This document shows positions 1 through 7,172 of a stretch of 64,000 nucleotides of DNA, piece by piece. A program made the position numbers and the translations under genes. The notes under the pieces are model-generated. The model saw only the letters and a list, made by a program, of their open reading frames with translations. It was not told the DNA's origin and made no database searches. Position 1 is the stretch's first letter; every line of letters begins with the position of its first letter. This DNA comes from an uncultured delta proteobacterium (lineage in GTDB: Bacteria > Desulfobacterota > Syntrophorhabdia > Syntrophorhabdales > WCHB1-27). The stretch is from assembly GCA_963835595.1 (NCBI GenBank), contig CAWIGL010000002.1, forward strand, positions 2,534,459 through 2,598,458, in the 5' to 3' direction.

Positions 1-3
1 TTG

Positions 4-32
4 TTGACAAGCAGGCGGTGACAGCCTACAAT
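4..32 (+). promoter_or_regulatory. sigma-70-like promoter TTGACA-17nt-TACAAT upstream of the first Pat-type gene
   Basis: TTGACA at 4-9 and TACAAT at 27-32 with a 17-nt spacer; GAGAGGA Shine-Dalgarno then ATG at 54. Confidence 0.4.
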
Positions 33-53
33 TGAGAGGATCCGGGACAGCAG

Positions 54-2723
54 ATGGGCGACATAAAAAGGATGTTCGATCCCCGAAGCATTGCGCTGAT
101 AGGCGCCAGCGATAAGGAGCGCTCCGCAGGGAGGATCATCCTCGAAAACCTTTTGCTTTCGAAGGAAAGGAAGATCTTCGCGGTAAATCCCGAGAGAAAA
201 AAGCTGTTCAATGTAGTCGAGAGTTATCCGAGCATTTCGCGGGTGCCCTGGCCGGTGGACCTCGCCGTAATAGCGACGCCTGCCCAGACCGTGCCTCCCC
301 TTGTCGAAGAATGCGGCAAGGCTGGGGTCGAGGCGTTGATTATCGTTTCTGCGGGCTTCAAAGAGGTAGGCGCGGAGGGAGAGGGGCTTGAGAGGCGGGT
401 GGCGGAGCTTCAAAAGCAGTACAAGATGCGGCTCCTCGGCCCCAATTGCCTGGGGTACATCAGGCCCCAGCTCGACCTGAACACGACCCCCGTCGAGGCC
501 ATGCCCGTCACAGGGAATATCGCCTTCATCTCGCAGAGCGGCGCCTTCGGGAGGGCGCTGCTCCATTGGGGCATCAGCGCCCGTGTGGGTTTCAGCATGT
601 TCGTTTCCCTTGGGTCGATGATCGACGTCGATTTCGGCGAGATGATCGATTTTCTCGGCTACGACAGCCACACGAGAAGTGTCATGATCTACATGGAGGA
701 AAGCATAGGCGACGTGAAGAGGTTCATGAGCGCTGCCCGAGGCTTTGCCCGCAACAAGCCTATCGTTTTGCTCCGGCCGCCCCGCCTCGGCGAGGGCGGA
801 ACCCCTGCCCGGACCCATACGGGACAGATGGCCGCAAGCGACCGCGTGTGTGACGCAGTGCTCAAAAGGGTCGGCGTCGTGCGCGTGAAGTCTACAGCCG
901 ACCTGTTCAATACTGCCGCTGTCCTTTATTCCAGACGCTTGCCGAAAGGCCCCAGGGTAGCAATCATCGCTAACGCCTTCGGCATTGCCTCGATGGCCGG
1001 CCATACCCTGCTGGAGCTCGGCGGCAGGCTTGCAGGACTCTCGGAGGAGACGCTGGCTGCCCTGGATTCCATCATGCCCCCTTACTGGAAGAAGGGCAAC
1101 CCCGTGGACATCTTGAGAGACGCAGATGCGGAGCGTTATACGAAGGCCATCAAGATCTGCCTGCACGACGCGGAGGTGGACGGGATATTGGTCATCTTTG
1201 CCCCGGAAGACACGGTCGGGCCCGAAGAGCTGGCCTCTGCCGTAGCGATGACGGCTAAGGAGGCCGCGAAGCCCGTTATCGCGTCATGGATGGGCAGCAG
1301 AGACATGGGGGGCGCGAGGGAGGTCTTCCTTGAGAGCAACGTGCCGATGTACGACTCACCCGAAGAAGCCGTAAGGACCTATCTTTATATGTACAACTAC
1401 GAGCGAAACCTGGAGCTGCTCTATGAGACGCCTGCCGACCTTCCCGTGGACCAGGCGCCGCCGAAGAACACCCTGAAGGCGCTGATAAAGAGGGTGGCGG
1501 GCACGGGCAGGCTCGTCCTTACCGAGGAAGAGGCGAAGCGGTTTCTCAGCAGCTACGGCATACCCGTGAACAGGGCCTACCCGGTGCAGAGCGTAGGGCA
1601 GGCGGTAAACGTGGCAGGAGCGATCGGGTATCCCCTGGTGCTCAAGGCTGCCTCGACGGATATCGCCTGCAAGAGCGAGGCGGGGTGCACCATCACAGGC
1701 ATCAGCTCGGAGACGGAGCTGAAGGAAGGGTGCGAGAAGCTTACAAAAAGGATCGAGCAGCTTTACCCCGGCGTAAAGACAGCGGGCTTCACCGTTCAAA
1801 AGATGATGGAAAAAATAGATTTCGAGATCATTTTGGGGGCGAAGAAAGACGAGGATTTCGGGTCTGTCATCCTCTTTGGTATGGGCGGCGCGGACGTGGA
1901 GATCTTCAGCGACTTTTCCATCGGCCTGCCTCCCCTGAACCAGACGCTCGGCAGGAGGCTGATGGAGGAGACGAGGCTGTATCGGCTGATTCAGGGCCGC
2001 AGGGGGAAGCCCCAGGCAGACCTGAAGCAGCTTGAGCAGATCATCGTCAGTTTTTCGAACCTTATCGTCGATTTCCCTGAAATCCTGGAGATGGACATCA
2101 ACCCCATCGCCGTTTGCGACGGCGAGGCCTGTGCACTCGATGCGAAGATCGTGATAGACAAGAATTGCCTCAACCATAGGGCCCGTTATCCGCACCTGGT
2201 CCTTACCCCCTATCCCACCAAGTATATTACGGACTGGACCCTTGCAGACGGTACCCCCGTCCTTCTGCGGCCCATAAGGCCGGAGGATGAGCCGCTGGAG
2301 CACGAGATGCTGACAAGCCTGTCGAAGGAGACGCTGCGCCAGCGGTTCTTTCAGGTCATAAAGCACATCAGCCATGAGATGCATATAAGGTTCTGCAACA
2401 TAGATTACGACAGGGAAATGGCGATTGTGGCCGAGATCAGGCAAGACGGGAAGCGCAGGATTATAGGCATAGGCAGGCTCATCGTGGAGCCGGATGCGAA
2501 GAAAGGGGAGTTCGCCGTAGTGGTCCACGATGACTTTCACGGCAAGGGCCTTGGATACAAGCTGGCCGATATGGTGATCGGAATAGCCCAGGAGAAAGGG
2601 CTTGAGGAGTGTTACGCCTTTATCCAGTCCGACAACAGGAAGATGCTCGGTTTATGCGGAAAGCTTGGATGCAGCATGGAGAACCTGCCGGACGGCATCA
2701 CCAGGGTAAGTCTTCTCGCCTGA
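54..2723 (+). CDS. Pat/PatZ-type bifunctional protein: NDP-forming acyl-CoA synthetase-like domains fused to a C-terminal GNAT acyltransferase domain (889 aa)
   Basis: N-terminal CoA-binding Rossmann region (MFDPRSIALIGASDKERSAGRII), succinyl-CoA-synthetase-like and ATP-grasp regions with SHTG-like His motif (ARTHTGQMA), C-terminal GNAT core (IGIGRLIV...HDDFHGKGLGYKL). Length and order match Pat-type protein lysine acetyltransferases. Confidence 0.85.
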   Translation: MGDIKRMFDPRSIALIGASDKERSAGRIILENLLLSKERKIFAVNPERKKLFNVVESYPSISRVPWPVDLAVIATPAQTVPPLVEECGKAGVEALIIVSAGFKEVGAEGEGLERRVAELQKQYKMRLLGPNCLGYIRPQLDLNTTPVEAMPVTGNIAFISQSGAFGRALLHWGISARVGFSMFVSLGSMIDVDFGEMIDFLGYDSHTRSVMIYMEESIGDVKRFMSAARGFARNKPIVLLRPPRLGEGGTPARTHTGQMAASDRVCDAVLKRVGVVRVKSTADLFNTAAVLYSRRLPKGPRVAIIANAFGIASMAGHTLLELGGRLAGLSEETLAALDSIMPPYWKKGNPVDILRDADAERYTKAIKICLHDAEVDGILVIFAPEDTVGPEELASAVAMTAKEAAKPVIASWMGSRDMGGAREVFLESNVPMYDSPEEAVRTYLYMYNYERNLELLYETPADLPVDQAPPKNTLKALIKRVAGTGRLVLTEEEAKRFLSSYGIPVNRAYPVQSVGQAVNVAGAIGYPLVLKAASTDIACKSEAGCTITGISSETELKEGCEKLTKRIEQLYPGVKTAGFTVQKMMEKIDFEIILGAKKDEDFGSVILFGMGGADVEIFSDFSIGLPPLNQTLGRRLMEETRLYRLIQGRRGKPQADLKQLEQIIVSFSNLIVDFPEILEMDINPIAVCDGEACALDAKIVIDKNCLNHRARYPHLVLTPYPTKYITDWTLADGTPVLLRPIRPEDEPLEHEMLTSLSKETLRQRFFQVIKHISHEMHIRFCNIDYDREMAIVAEIRQDGKRRIIGIGRLIVEPDAKKGEFAVVVHDDFHGKGLGYKLADMVIGIAQEKGLEECYAFIQSDNRKMLGLCGKLGCSMENLPDGITRVSLLA

Positions 2724-3015
2724 GATTCCGGACAGGGCCGCACCGGCTTCAACGCCCGCCCTGACAAGCGATTCAATCTCGCCGGGCATCTTCCCGGGCT
2801 CGCAGTTGAGGATAATAGCGACGGCAAGGGGGAGAAATCATTGCCTCTGATGTATCTTCCTTCCTCCGGCGGATAATCGGGGTGGGGATCCACCTTGAAC
2901 GTGCAGCCCTCCTTCGGGAAGAGGATGGCCATCATCCCCTAAATGTTCGGGATAATGGCATCCATCGCGCAACACGCATCGGTTTGCTCAGTCATATTGC
3001 CTCCATTCAACATTG

Positions 3016-3041
3016 CCCTCGCGGATGCTCATCCGCGAGGG
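3016..3041. terminator. GC-rich hairpin (11-bp stem CCCTCGCGGAT / ATCCGCGAGGG) between convergent Pat1 and thioredoxin-like genes
   Basis: Perfect inverted repeat, followed on plus strand by GTGTTTCC; sits between two convergent stop codons. Confidence 0.35.
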
Positions 3042-3077
3042 TGTTTCCTTGCTCAACAACGGAAGGTGCGCAGCTCG

Positions 3078-3329
3078 TCAACCCAGCAGCTTCTTGATCT
3101 CCTCTACGGAGAGCACCTTGCCGACGCTCTTCACCTGGCCGTCGATCGCAAAGCCCGGCGTCATCATCACGCCTAACTCCATGATTTTCTTGATGTCCGT
3201 CACCTTTTCGACCTCGGCGTTCGCGCCCATCTGCTTCACCGCCTCTTCCGCGTTGTGGGTCAGCTTTACGCATTTTGCGCAGCCCGTGCCCAAAATTTGA
3301 ATCTTCATTTGTCCATTGCCTCCTTTCAT
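3078..3329 (-). CDS. Small thioredoxin-fold redox-active disulfide protein (83 aa, CxxC = GCAKC)
   Basis: MKIQILGTGCAKCVKL... is typical of the mini-thioredoxin (Thioredoxin_3-like) found next to DUF318/ArsP-type permeases. Confidence 0.8.
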   Translation of the reverse strand: MKGGNGQMKIQILGTGCAKCVKLTHNAEEAVKQMGANAEVEKVTDIKKIMELGVMMTPGFAIDGQVKSVGKVLSVEEIKKLLG

Positions 3330-3464
3330 CGATTTTGTCGCGCTATTCCAGGCCCGCGTTTATCTCACGGGCGCAAGCGTGTCGTCTATCTCGTCCAGCC
3401 CGGCGTCGATCAACGCCGTATTCTTCATCGATTGCCACGTCCTCCCCTTGCAATGTCGCGCCCC

Positions 3465-4412
3465 TTAGAGGATGGCATTGAACAGATATCCGACGATAAT
3501 GATCGCTCCCGTTACTATGCCCGCAAAGATGCCTATCAGCTTGGGCTTGATTACCTTGCGGAGGATGATCATCTCCGGCGTCGATATGGCCACGACGGAC
3601 ATCATGAAGGCAAGGGCCGTGCCCATGGGCAGCCCTTTCTCGACCAGCGCCTGGACGATGGGTATCGTTCCCGCCGCGTTCGAATAGAGGGGGATGCCTA
3701 TGAGGACGGCGATAGGCACGGCAAAGGGGTTGCCCGGCCCGGCGTATCTGGCGACGAAATCGGTAGGCGCATAGCCGTGGATCACGCCGCCGAACCCGAT
3801 GCCGATGAGGATGAACGGCCAGATGCGTCCGAGGATGTCCGTCGTGTAGCCGCGAGCGTACTGCAGCCGCTCCCCCCAGGTCGGAACAGCTATCTCCGTT
3901 TCTCCCATGCGGATCCGGTAGACGTAGTCTTCCACGAGGTGCTCCAGCTTGAGCTTTCCGATGACGATGCCGGCGAAGAAGGCGATGACAACGCCCGTAG
4001 CCGTATAAAGGAGGGCGATCCGCCATCCGAACAGCCCCCACAGCATCACGAGAGCCACTTCGTTCACCGTGGGAGAGGATATGAGGAAAGAAAAAGTGAC
4101 CCCTAGCGGCAGTCCCGACTCCAGAAAGCCGATAAACATGGGGATCGCCGAGCAGGAGCAGAAGGGGGTTACGATGCCGAGCAGGGCCGCAAGGAGGTTC
4201 CCGACATATTGTTTCCGGTTGCCGAGAAGCTTCCGGGATTTTTCAGGCGGGAAGAAGCTCCGTATGATTGCAACGCCGAAGATAATCACGACAAGGAGCA
4301 GAAAGACCTTCATCGTGTCGTAGAAGAAGAAATCGAGGGCCTCGGCAAGCCTCGTTCCGGGGTGAATGCCCATAAGCCTATATACCAGCGAATCAGCGAT
4401 GTACTGCAACAT
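3465..4412 (-). CDS. Permease of the ArsP/DUF318 family (315 aa, multi-TM, TPFCSCS motif)
   Basis: Hydrophobic throughout; conserved TPFCSCSAIP motif as in organoarsenical efflux permease ArsP. Confidence 0.8.
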   Translation of the reverse strand: MLQYIADSLVYRLMGIHPGTRLAEALDFFFYDTMKVFLLLVVIIFGVAIIRSFFPPEKSRKLLGNRKQYVGNLLAALLGIVTPFCSCSAIPMFIGFLESGLPLGVTFSFLISSPTVNEVALVMLWGLFGWRIALLYTATGVVIAFFAGIVIGKLKLEHLVEDYVYRIRMGETEIAVPTWGERLQYARGYTTDILGRIWPFILIGIGFGGVIHGYAPTDFVARYAGPGNPFAVPIAVLIGIPLYSNAAGTIPIVQALVEKGLPMGTALAFMMSVVAISTPEMIILRKVIKPKLIGIFAGIVTGAIIIVGYLFNAIL

Positions 4413-4490
4413 GCCCGTTAACCTCCTCTATCCTAGCCGCGCCTCTGATGGCATATTGGCAAAAGTCCCAACACATGGGCATAAAAATAC

Positions 4491-4817
4491 TCATCCGAAT
4501 CGCTTGCACAGGCAGACCTGCTGCCGTTTTACGTTGCTCTCGATGACGGCGGTAACGCAGCCGAAGAAATCGGTGACGCAGGGGACCTCCAGGCGGTAGA
4601 TCATATCCGCCCCTTCTTTCCTGGAAGAGAGGATGCCCGCCTCCTTCAGCACGAGGAGGTGCTTCGAGACCGTCGACTTGTCGAGGTCGAACAGACCGTT
4701 CAGGGACGCGAACGTTTGCTCGCCCCCTTTCAGCACGTCGATCACCATGAGCCGGACCGGGTGGCTCATGGCTTTGATTATTCTGCTCCTTATCTCTGCT
4801 TCTTCAAAGGTTATCAT
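4491..4817 (-). CDS. ArsR/SmtB-family metalloregulator (108 aa from the ATG; the ORF-track start at 4877 is a TTG)
   Basis: Winged HTH MSHPVRLMVIDVLKGGEQTFASL...STVSKHLLVLKEAGIL; C-terminal Cys cluster CVTDFFGCV...VCLC. Confidence 0.7.
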   Translation of the reverse strand: MITFEEAEIRSRIIKAMSHPVRLMVIDVLKGGEQTFASLNGLFDLDKSTVSKHLLVLKEAGILSSRKEGADMIYRLEVPCVTDFFGCVTAVIESNVKRQQVCLCKRFG

Positions 4818-4964
4818 AATCACCCGCCCGCAAGAAGACTTATTGGTTAATATACCAACAAACCAATAGTTTGTCAAGGGAATTTTTCACGAAGGATATG
4901 GTGGAGCCCGGTCGCACGGGAATCATTCTTGCAATATGCTGCGGAGAGAGTCTTGATCTCCGAC

Positions 4965-4995
4965 GGCCCGTAAAAACCCGCGCGGGCCTTTTATT
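4965..4995. terminator. Short GC hairpin (GGCCCG...CGGGCC, inner palindrome CCCGCGCGGG) with flanking T/A runs, just 3' of the sigma-54 activator gene
   Basis: Inverted repeat 4965-4988 followed by TTTTATT on plus strand; AAAA/TTTTT flanks when read on minus strand. Confidence 0.3.
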
Positions 4996-6616
4996 CCTGA
5001 CGCCGCCCGCCGTGCGATGCGCGGGCCGCCCCCTGCGCCGGGTCCATTCTCTTGCCGCGACCGAAGGGGATACCCAGCTTCTGCATCCTGTATCGAAGGG
5101 TGGCGGGGTTCATGCCGAGCACCGAGGCGGCCCCGTTCTTCCCCTCGATCTTCCCTCCGGTGATCTCCATCACGTGCCTGATATGGCGTGCCTCCACATC
5201 GTCCAGCCTGAGCTTTGCCAATTCCTCGGCCCCGTTGGCCCCGCCTTCTGCGGGGCGGGACCGGCCTTCCGTTGAGGCGGCCCCGTTCTCCTTATCGGCG
5301 GAGCCGGCTATGTCGTCGAAGGCCAGGAGCTTGCCGTCGCACTGTATCAGCGCCCGCTCCACCACGTTGGCCACCTCACGGACGTTACCGGGCCAGTCAT
5401 AGCCGATGAGGCGCTCGATGGCGCCTGCCGCCGGCGACGGGATGGAGTGGAAGCCGAGCTCCCGCGCCTTCCTCTCGATGAAATATTCGACCAGCGCCGG
5501 TATATCGGCCCTCCGCTCGCGCAGCGGCGGGATGCGGATAGGGTAGACCTTGAGGCGGTAGTAGAGGTCGTCCCTGAAGGCGCCTTCCGCGACGAGCTTC
5601 TCCAAGCTCCTGTGTGTAGCGGAGATAATCCTTATGTCCACCTTGATGGGCTGGGAGCCGCCCACGCGCTCGATCTCCTTTTCCTGGAGCACCCGCAGGA
5701 GCCGCACCTGCGCCGGGAGGGGCAGCTCCCCCACCTCGTCGAGGAAAATGGTCCCTTTGTCGGCCCGCTCGAAGCGTCCCCTCCTGTCCGTGAGCGCGCC
5801 CGTAAAGGCCCCTTTTTCATGGCCGAAAAGCTCGCTGTCGATGAGCGATTCGGGGATGGCGCCGCAGTTGACGGTTATCATCGGCCCGGCGCTCCTGGGG
5901 GAAAGGTTATGGATGGCGTTTGCTATGATCTCCTTGCCGCTGCCCGTCTCGCCTACAAGGAGGACCGGGCTCGACAACGGCGCTACCCTGTATACCTGCT
6001 CCATCACGTTTTTAAGGCCGAAATTCGTCCCTACGATCTGTGCCCCCGTGTTCCTCCGCAGCTCGTTATGGAGATACCTGTTGTCGTCGGCCAGCTTCTC
6101 TTTCAGCTTCAGAAGCTCCAGGTACTGGCGGCTGTTGGCCAGCGCGATCCCCACCGGCTCGTTGACGAGGGACCACAGCTCGGCGTGCTCCTCCGTATAT
6201 CTCCCCTTTCCGGTCGCCCGTACGATGAGCGAGCCGATGAATTTGCTCTGGATGATGAGGCGAGCCACTATTACTGAAGACTCGGGCCATTTATATTGCA
6301 AGCCGACCTCTTTTATTATAGGGTCCTGGAAGTAGTCGTTTTTCATCCGCACCCTGCGGAACTGCTGGACGTTATCGAGCTCGTTCCTCACGAAAATGGG
6401 CATGGGCACGCCGTCGGAGCCCGTGGAAAAGCCCTTCTCGTCCGCCCGCGCGAAGATCTCCAGCACCCCTGTTGCCTGGTTATAGACGGTCAGGATCAGC
6501 TCGTCGGCAGGCATTACGTCCCGGATAAAGAGAAGGCAGCGCCAAAGAGCCTCGCCTATATTGAGGCTCCCGCAAATGCGAAAGATGAACTCGCGGAAAA
6601 AGTCGTTCTTGTTCAT
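4991..6616 (-). CDS. Sigma-54-dependent transcriptional activator (N-terminal GAF sensor, AAA+ sigma-54 interaction domain with GAFTGA, C-terminal Fis-type HTH), 541 aa
   Basis: GETGSGKE Walker A, GAFTGA, RERRADIP, C-terminal ...ASVLGMNPATLRYRMQKLGI. Confidence 0.85.
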   Translation of the reverse strand: MNKNDFFREFIFRICGSLNIGEALWRCLLFIRDVMPADELILTVYNQATGVLEIFARADEKGFSTGSDGVPMPIFVRNELDNVQQFRRVRMKNDYFQDPIIKEVGLQYKWPESSVIVARLIIQSKFIGSLIVRATGKGRYTEEHAELWSLVNEPVGIALANSRQYLELLKLKEKLADDNRYLHNELRRNTGAQIVGTNFGLKNVMEQVYRVAPLSSPVLLVGETGSGKEIIANAIHNLSPRSAGPMITVNCGAIPESLIDSELFGHEKGAFTGALTDRRGRFERADKGTIFLDEVGELPLPAQVRLLRVLQEKEIERVGGSQPIKVDIRIISATHRSLEKLVAEGAFRDDLYYRLKVYPIRIPPLRERRADIPALVEYFIERKARELGFHSIPSPAAGAIERLIGYDWPGNVREVANVVERALIQCDGKLLAFDDIAGSADKENGAASTEGRSRPAEGGANGAEELAKLRLDDVEARHIRHVMEITGGKIEGKNGAASVLGMNPATLRYRMQKLGIPFGRGKRMDPAQGAARASHGGRRQE

Positions 6617-6705
6617 TGGCTTTTCCGACCCCCGTAAATCAAGAATTTACTCTTGACTAATGCCCCCGTTCATTGTACGCTTTTAAGCACGATCGAATGT
6701 GAGAA

Positions 6706-6719
6706 TTCTCACGTGCGTA
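6706..6719. promoter_or_regulatory. Perfect 14-bp palindrome GTGAGAATTCTCAC, candidate upstream activator site for the adjacent sigma-54 activator
   Basis: Perfect dyad about 105 bp upstream of the -24/-12 element, in the divergent intergenic region. Confidence 0.35.
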
Positions 6720-6823
6720 ATAATCTACAATATATCTTCCAATTATGACAGATAATTCTATGGCATTTAATAGTATCCCCTATCTACTTCCCTTCCGGCC
6801 AAAGACGTGGGTAACTTCTCGAC

Positions 6824-6839
6824 TCTGGCACGTTTTATG
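6824..6839 (+). promoter_or_regulatory. Sigma-54 (-24/-12) promoter candidate CTGGCACGTTTTATGC
   Basis: TGGCACG-N4-ATGC versus consensus TGGCACG-N4-TTGCW (one mismatch), correct GG/GC spacing, faces the ABM-like ORF and Pat2-hdr-mvh genes. Confidence 0.45.
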
Positions 6840-6853
6840 CTTACTATTCACCG

Positions 6854-7138
6854 ATGCTGTGGATGGAAATGATCCGTCTGAGAACGACGAAGTCTCAAGT
6901 GGAGGCAGTCGCCCGCCTGATCCTTGACAATGTCAGGCAGGCGGCCGGCGAATCGGGCCTCCTTCGGGTCCATATGTACCACAGTGCGAAATATCGGGCA
7001 GACCTGGCGCTCAGTCTTATGTGGGAGACCAATGCGATGCAAAACGAAGGGAGCAGGACCGGTCTGAGCATAAGCGAGGCGCTCAAGAATTTCGGCCTTG
7101 TCGAGCACTCGATATGGATGGAGAAGGAGGCGACGTGA
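6854..7138 (+). CDS. Small ABM-like (dimeric alpha+beta barrel, antibiotic-biosynthesis-monooxygenase-like) protein, about 90 aa; start uncertain (alternatives at 6863 and 6869)
   Basis: Pattern ...GESGLLRVHMYHS...ADLALSLMWETNA...FGLVEHSIW resembles the ABM fold signature (..GCLRYELHRD...FVLYEVWES..); no strong SD. Confidence 0.35.
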   Translation: MLWMEMIRLRTTKSQVEAVARLILDNVRQAAGESGLLRVHMYHSAKYRADLALSLMWETNAMQNEGSRTGLSISEALKNFGLVEHSIWMEKEAT

Positions 7139-7172
7139 GCAAAAGCACTGTTGCGGGGATTGGGAGCGCTTA

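Noticed and set aside
1356-2540. Long antisense ORFs inside well-supported genes (e.g. 1356-2540 minus, 10397-11380 minus, 14184-14876 minus, 14830-16314 minus, 17351-18784 plus, 19642-20841 minus, 3343-4041 minus, 55901-57364 minus)
   Set aside because: High-GC DNA generates long stop-free antisense frames. The opposite-strand frames carry recognisable motifs (GNAT, CCG, NiFe ligands, CoA-transferase, cyclase-like), and these ORFs lack RBS and start context and are Arg/Ala/Pro-rich
2724-3015. Micro-ORFs in the Pat1/thioredoxin convergent gap (e.g. 18-aa MTEQTDACCAMDAIIPNI with GGAGG RBS on minus strand; 107-aa ORF 2612-2935)
   Set aside because: The 107-aa ORF overlaps the Pat1 3' end and has no recognisable fold; the 18-aa peptide is not assessable without conservation data. 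Noted only as a possible small-peptide candidate
3255-4106. 283-aa plus-strand ORF overlapping the permease gene
   Set aside because: The minus-strand frame encodes a coherent multi-TM permease with the TPFCSCS motif; the plus frame is Arg/Asp/His-rich noise
7098-7172. N-terminal extension of Pat2 in the ORF track (MSSTRYGWRRRRREQKHCCGDWERL...)
   Set aside because: Paralog 1 starts at the aligned MGDIKRMF, and the extension is Arg-rich with no counterpart. Start set to 7173
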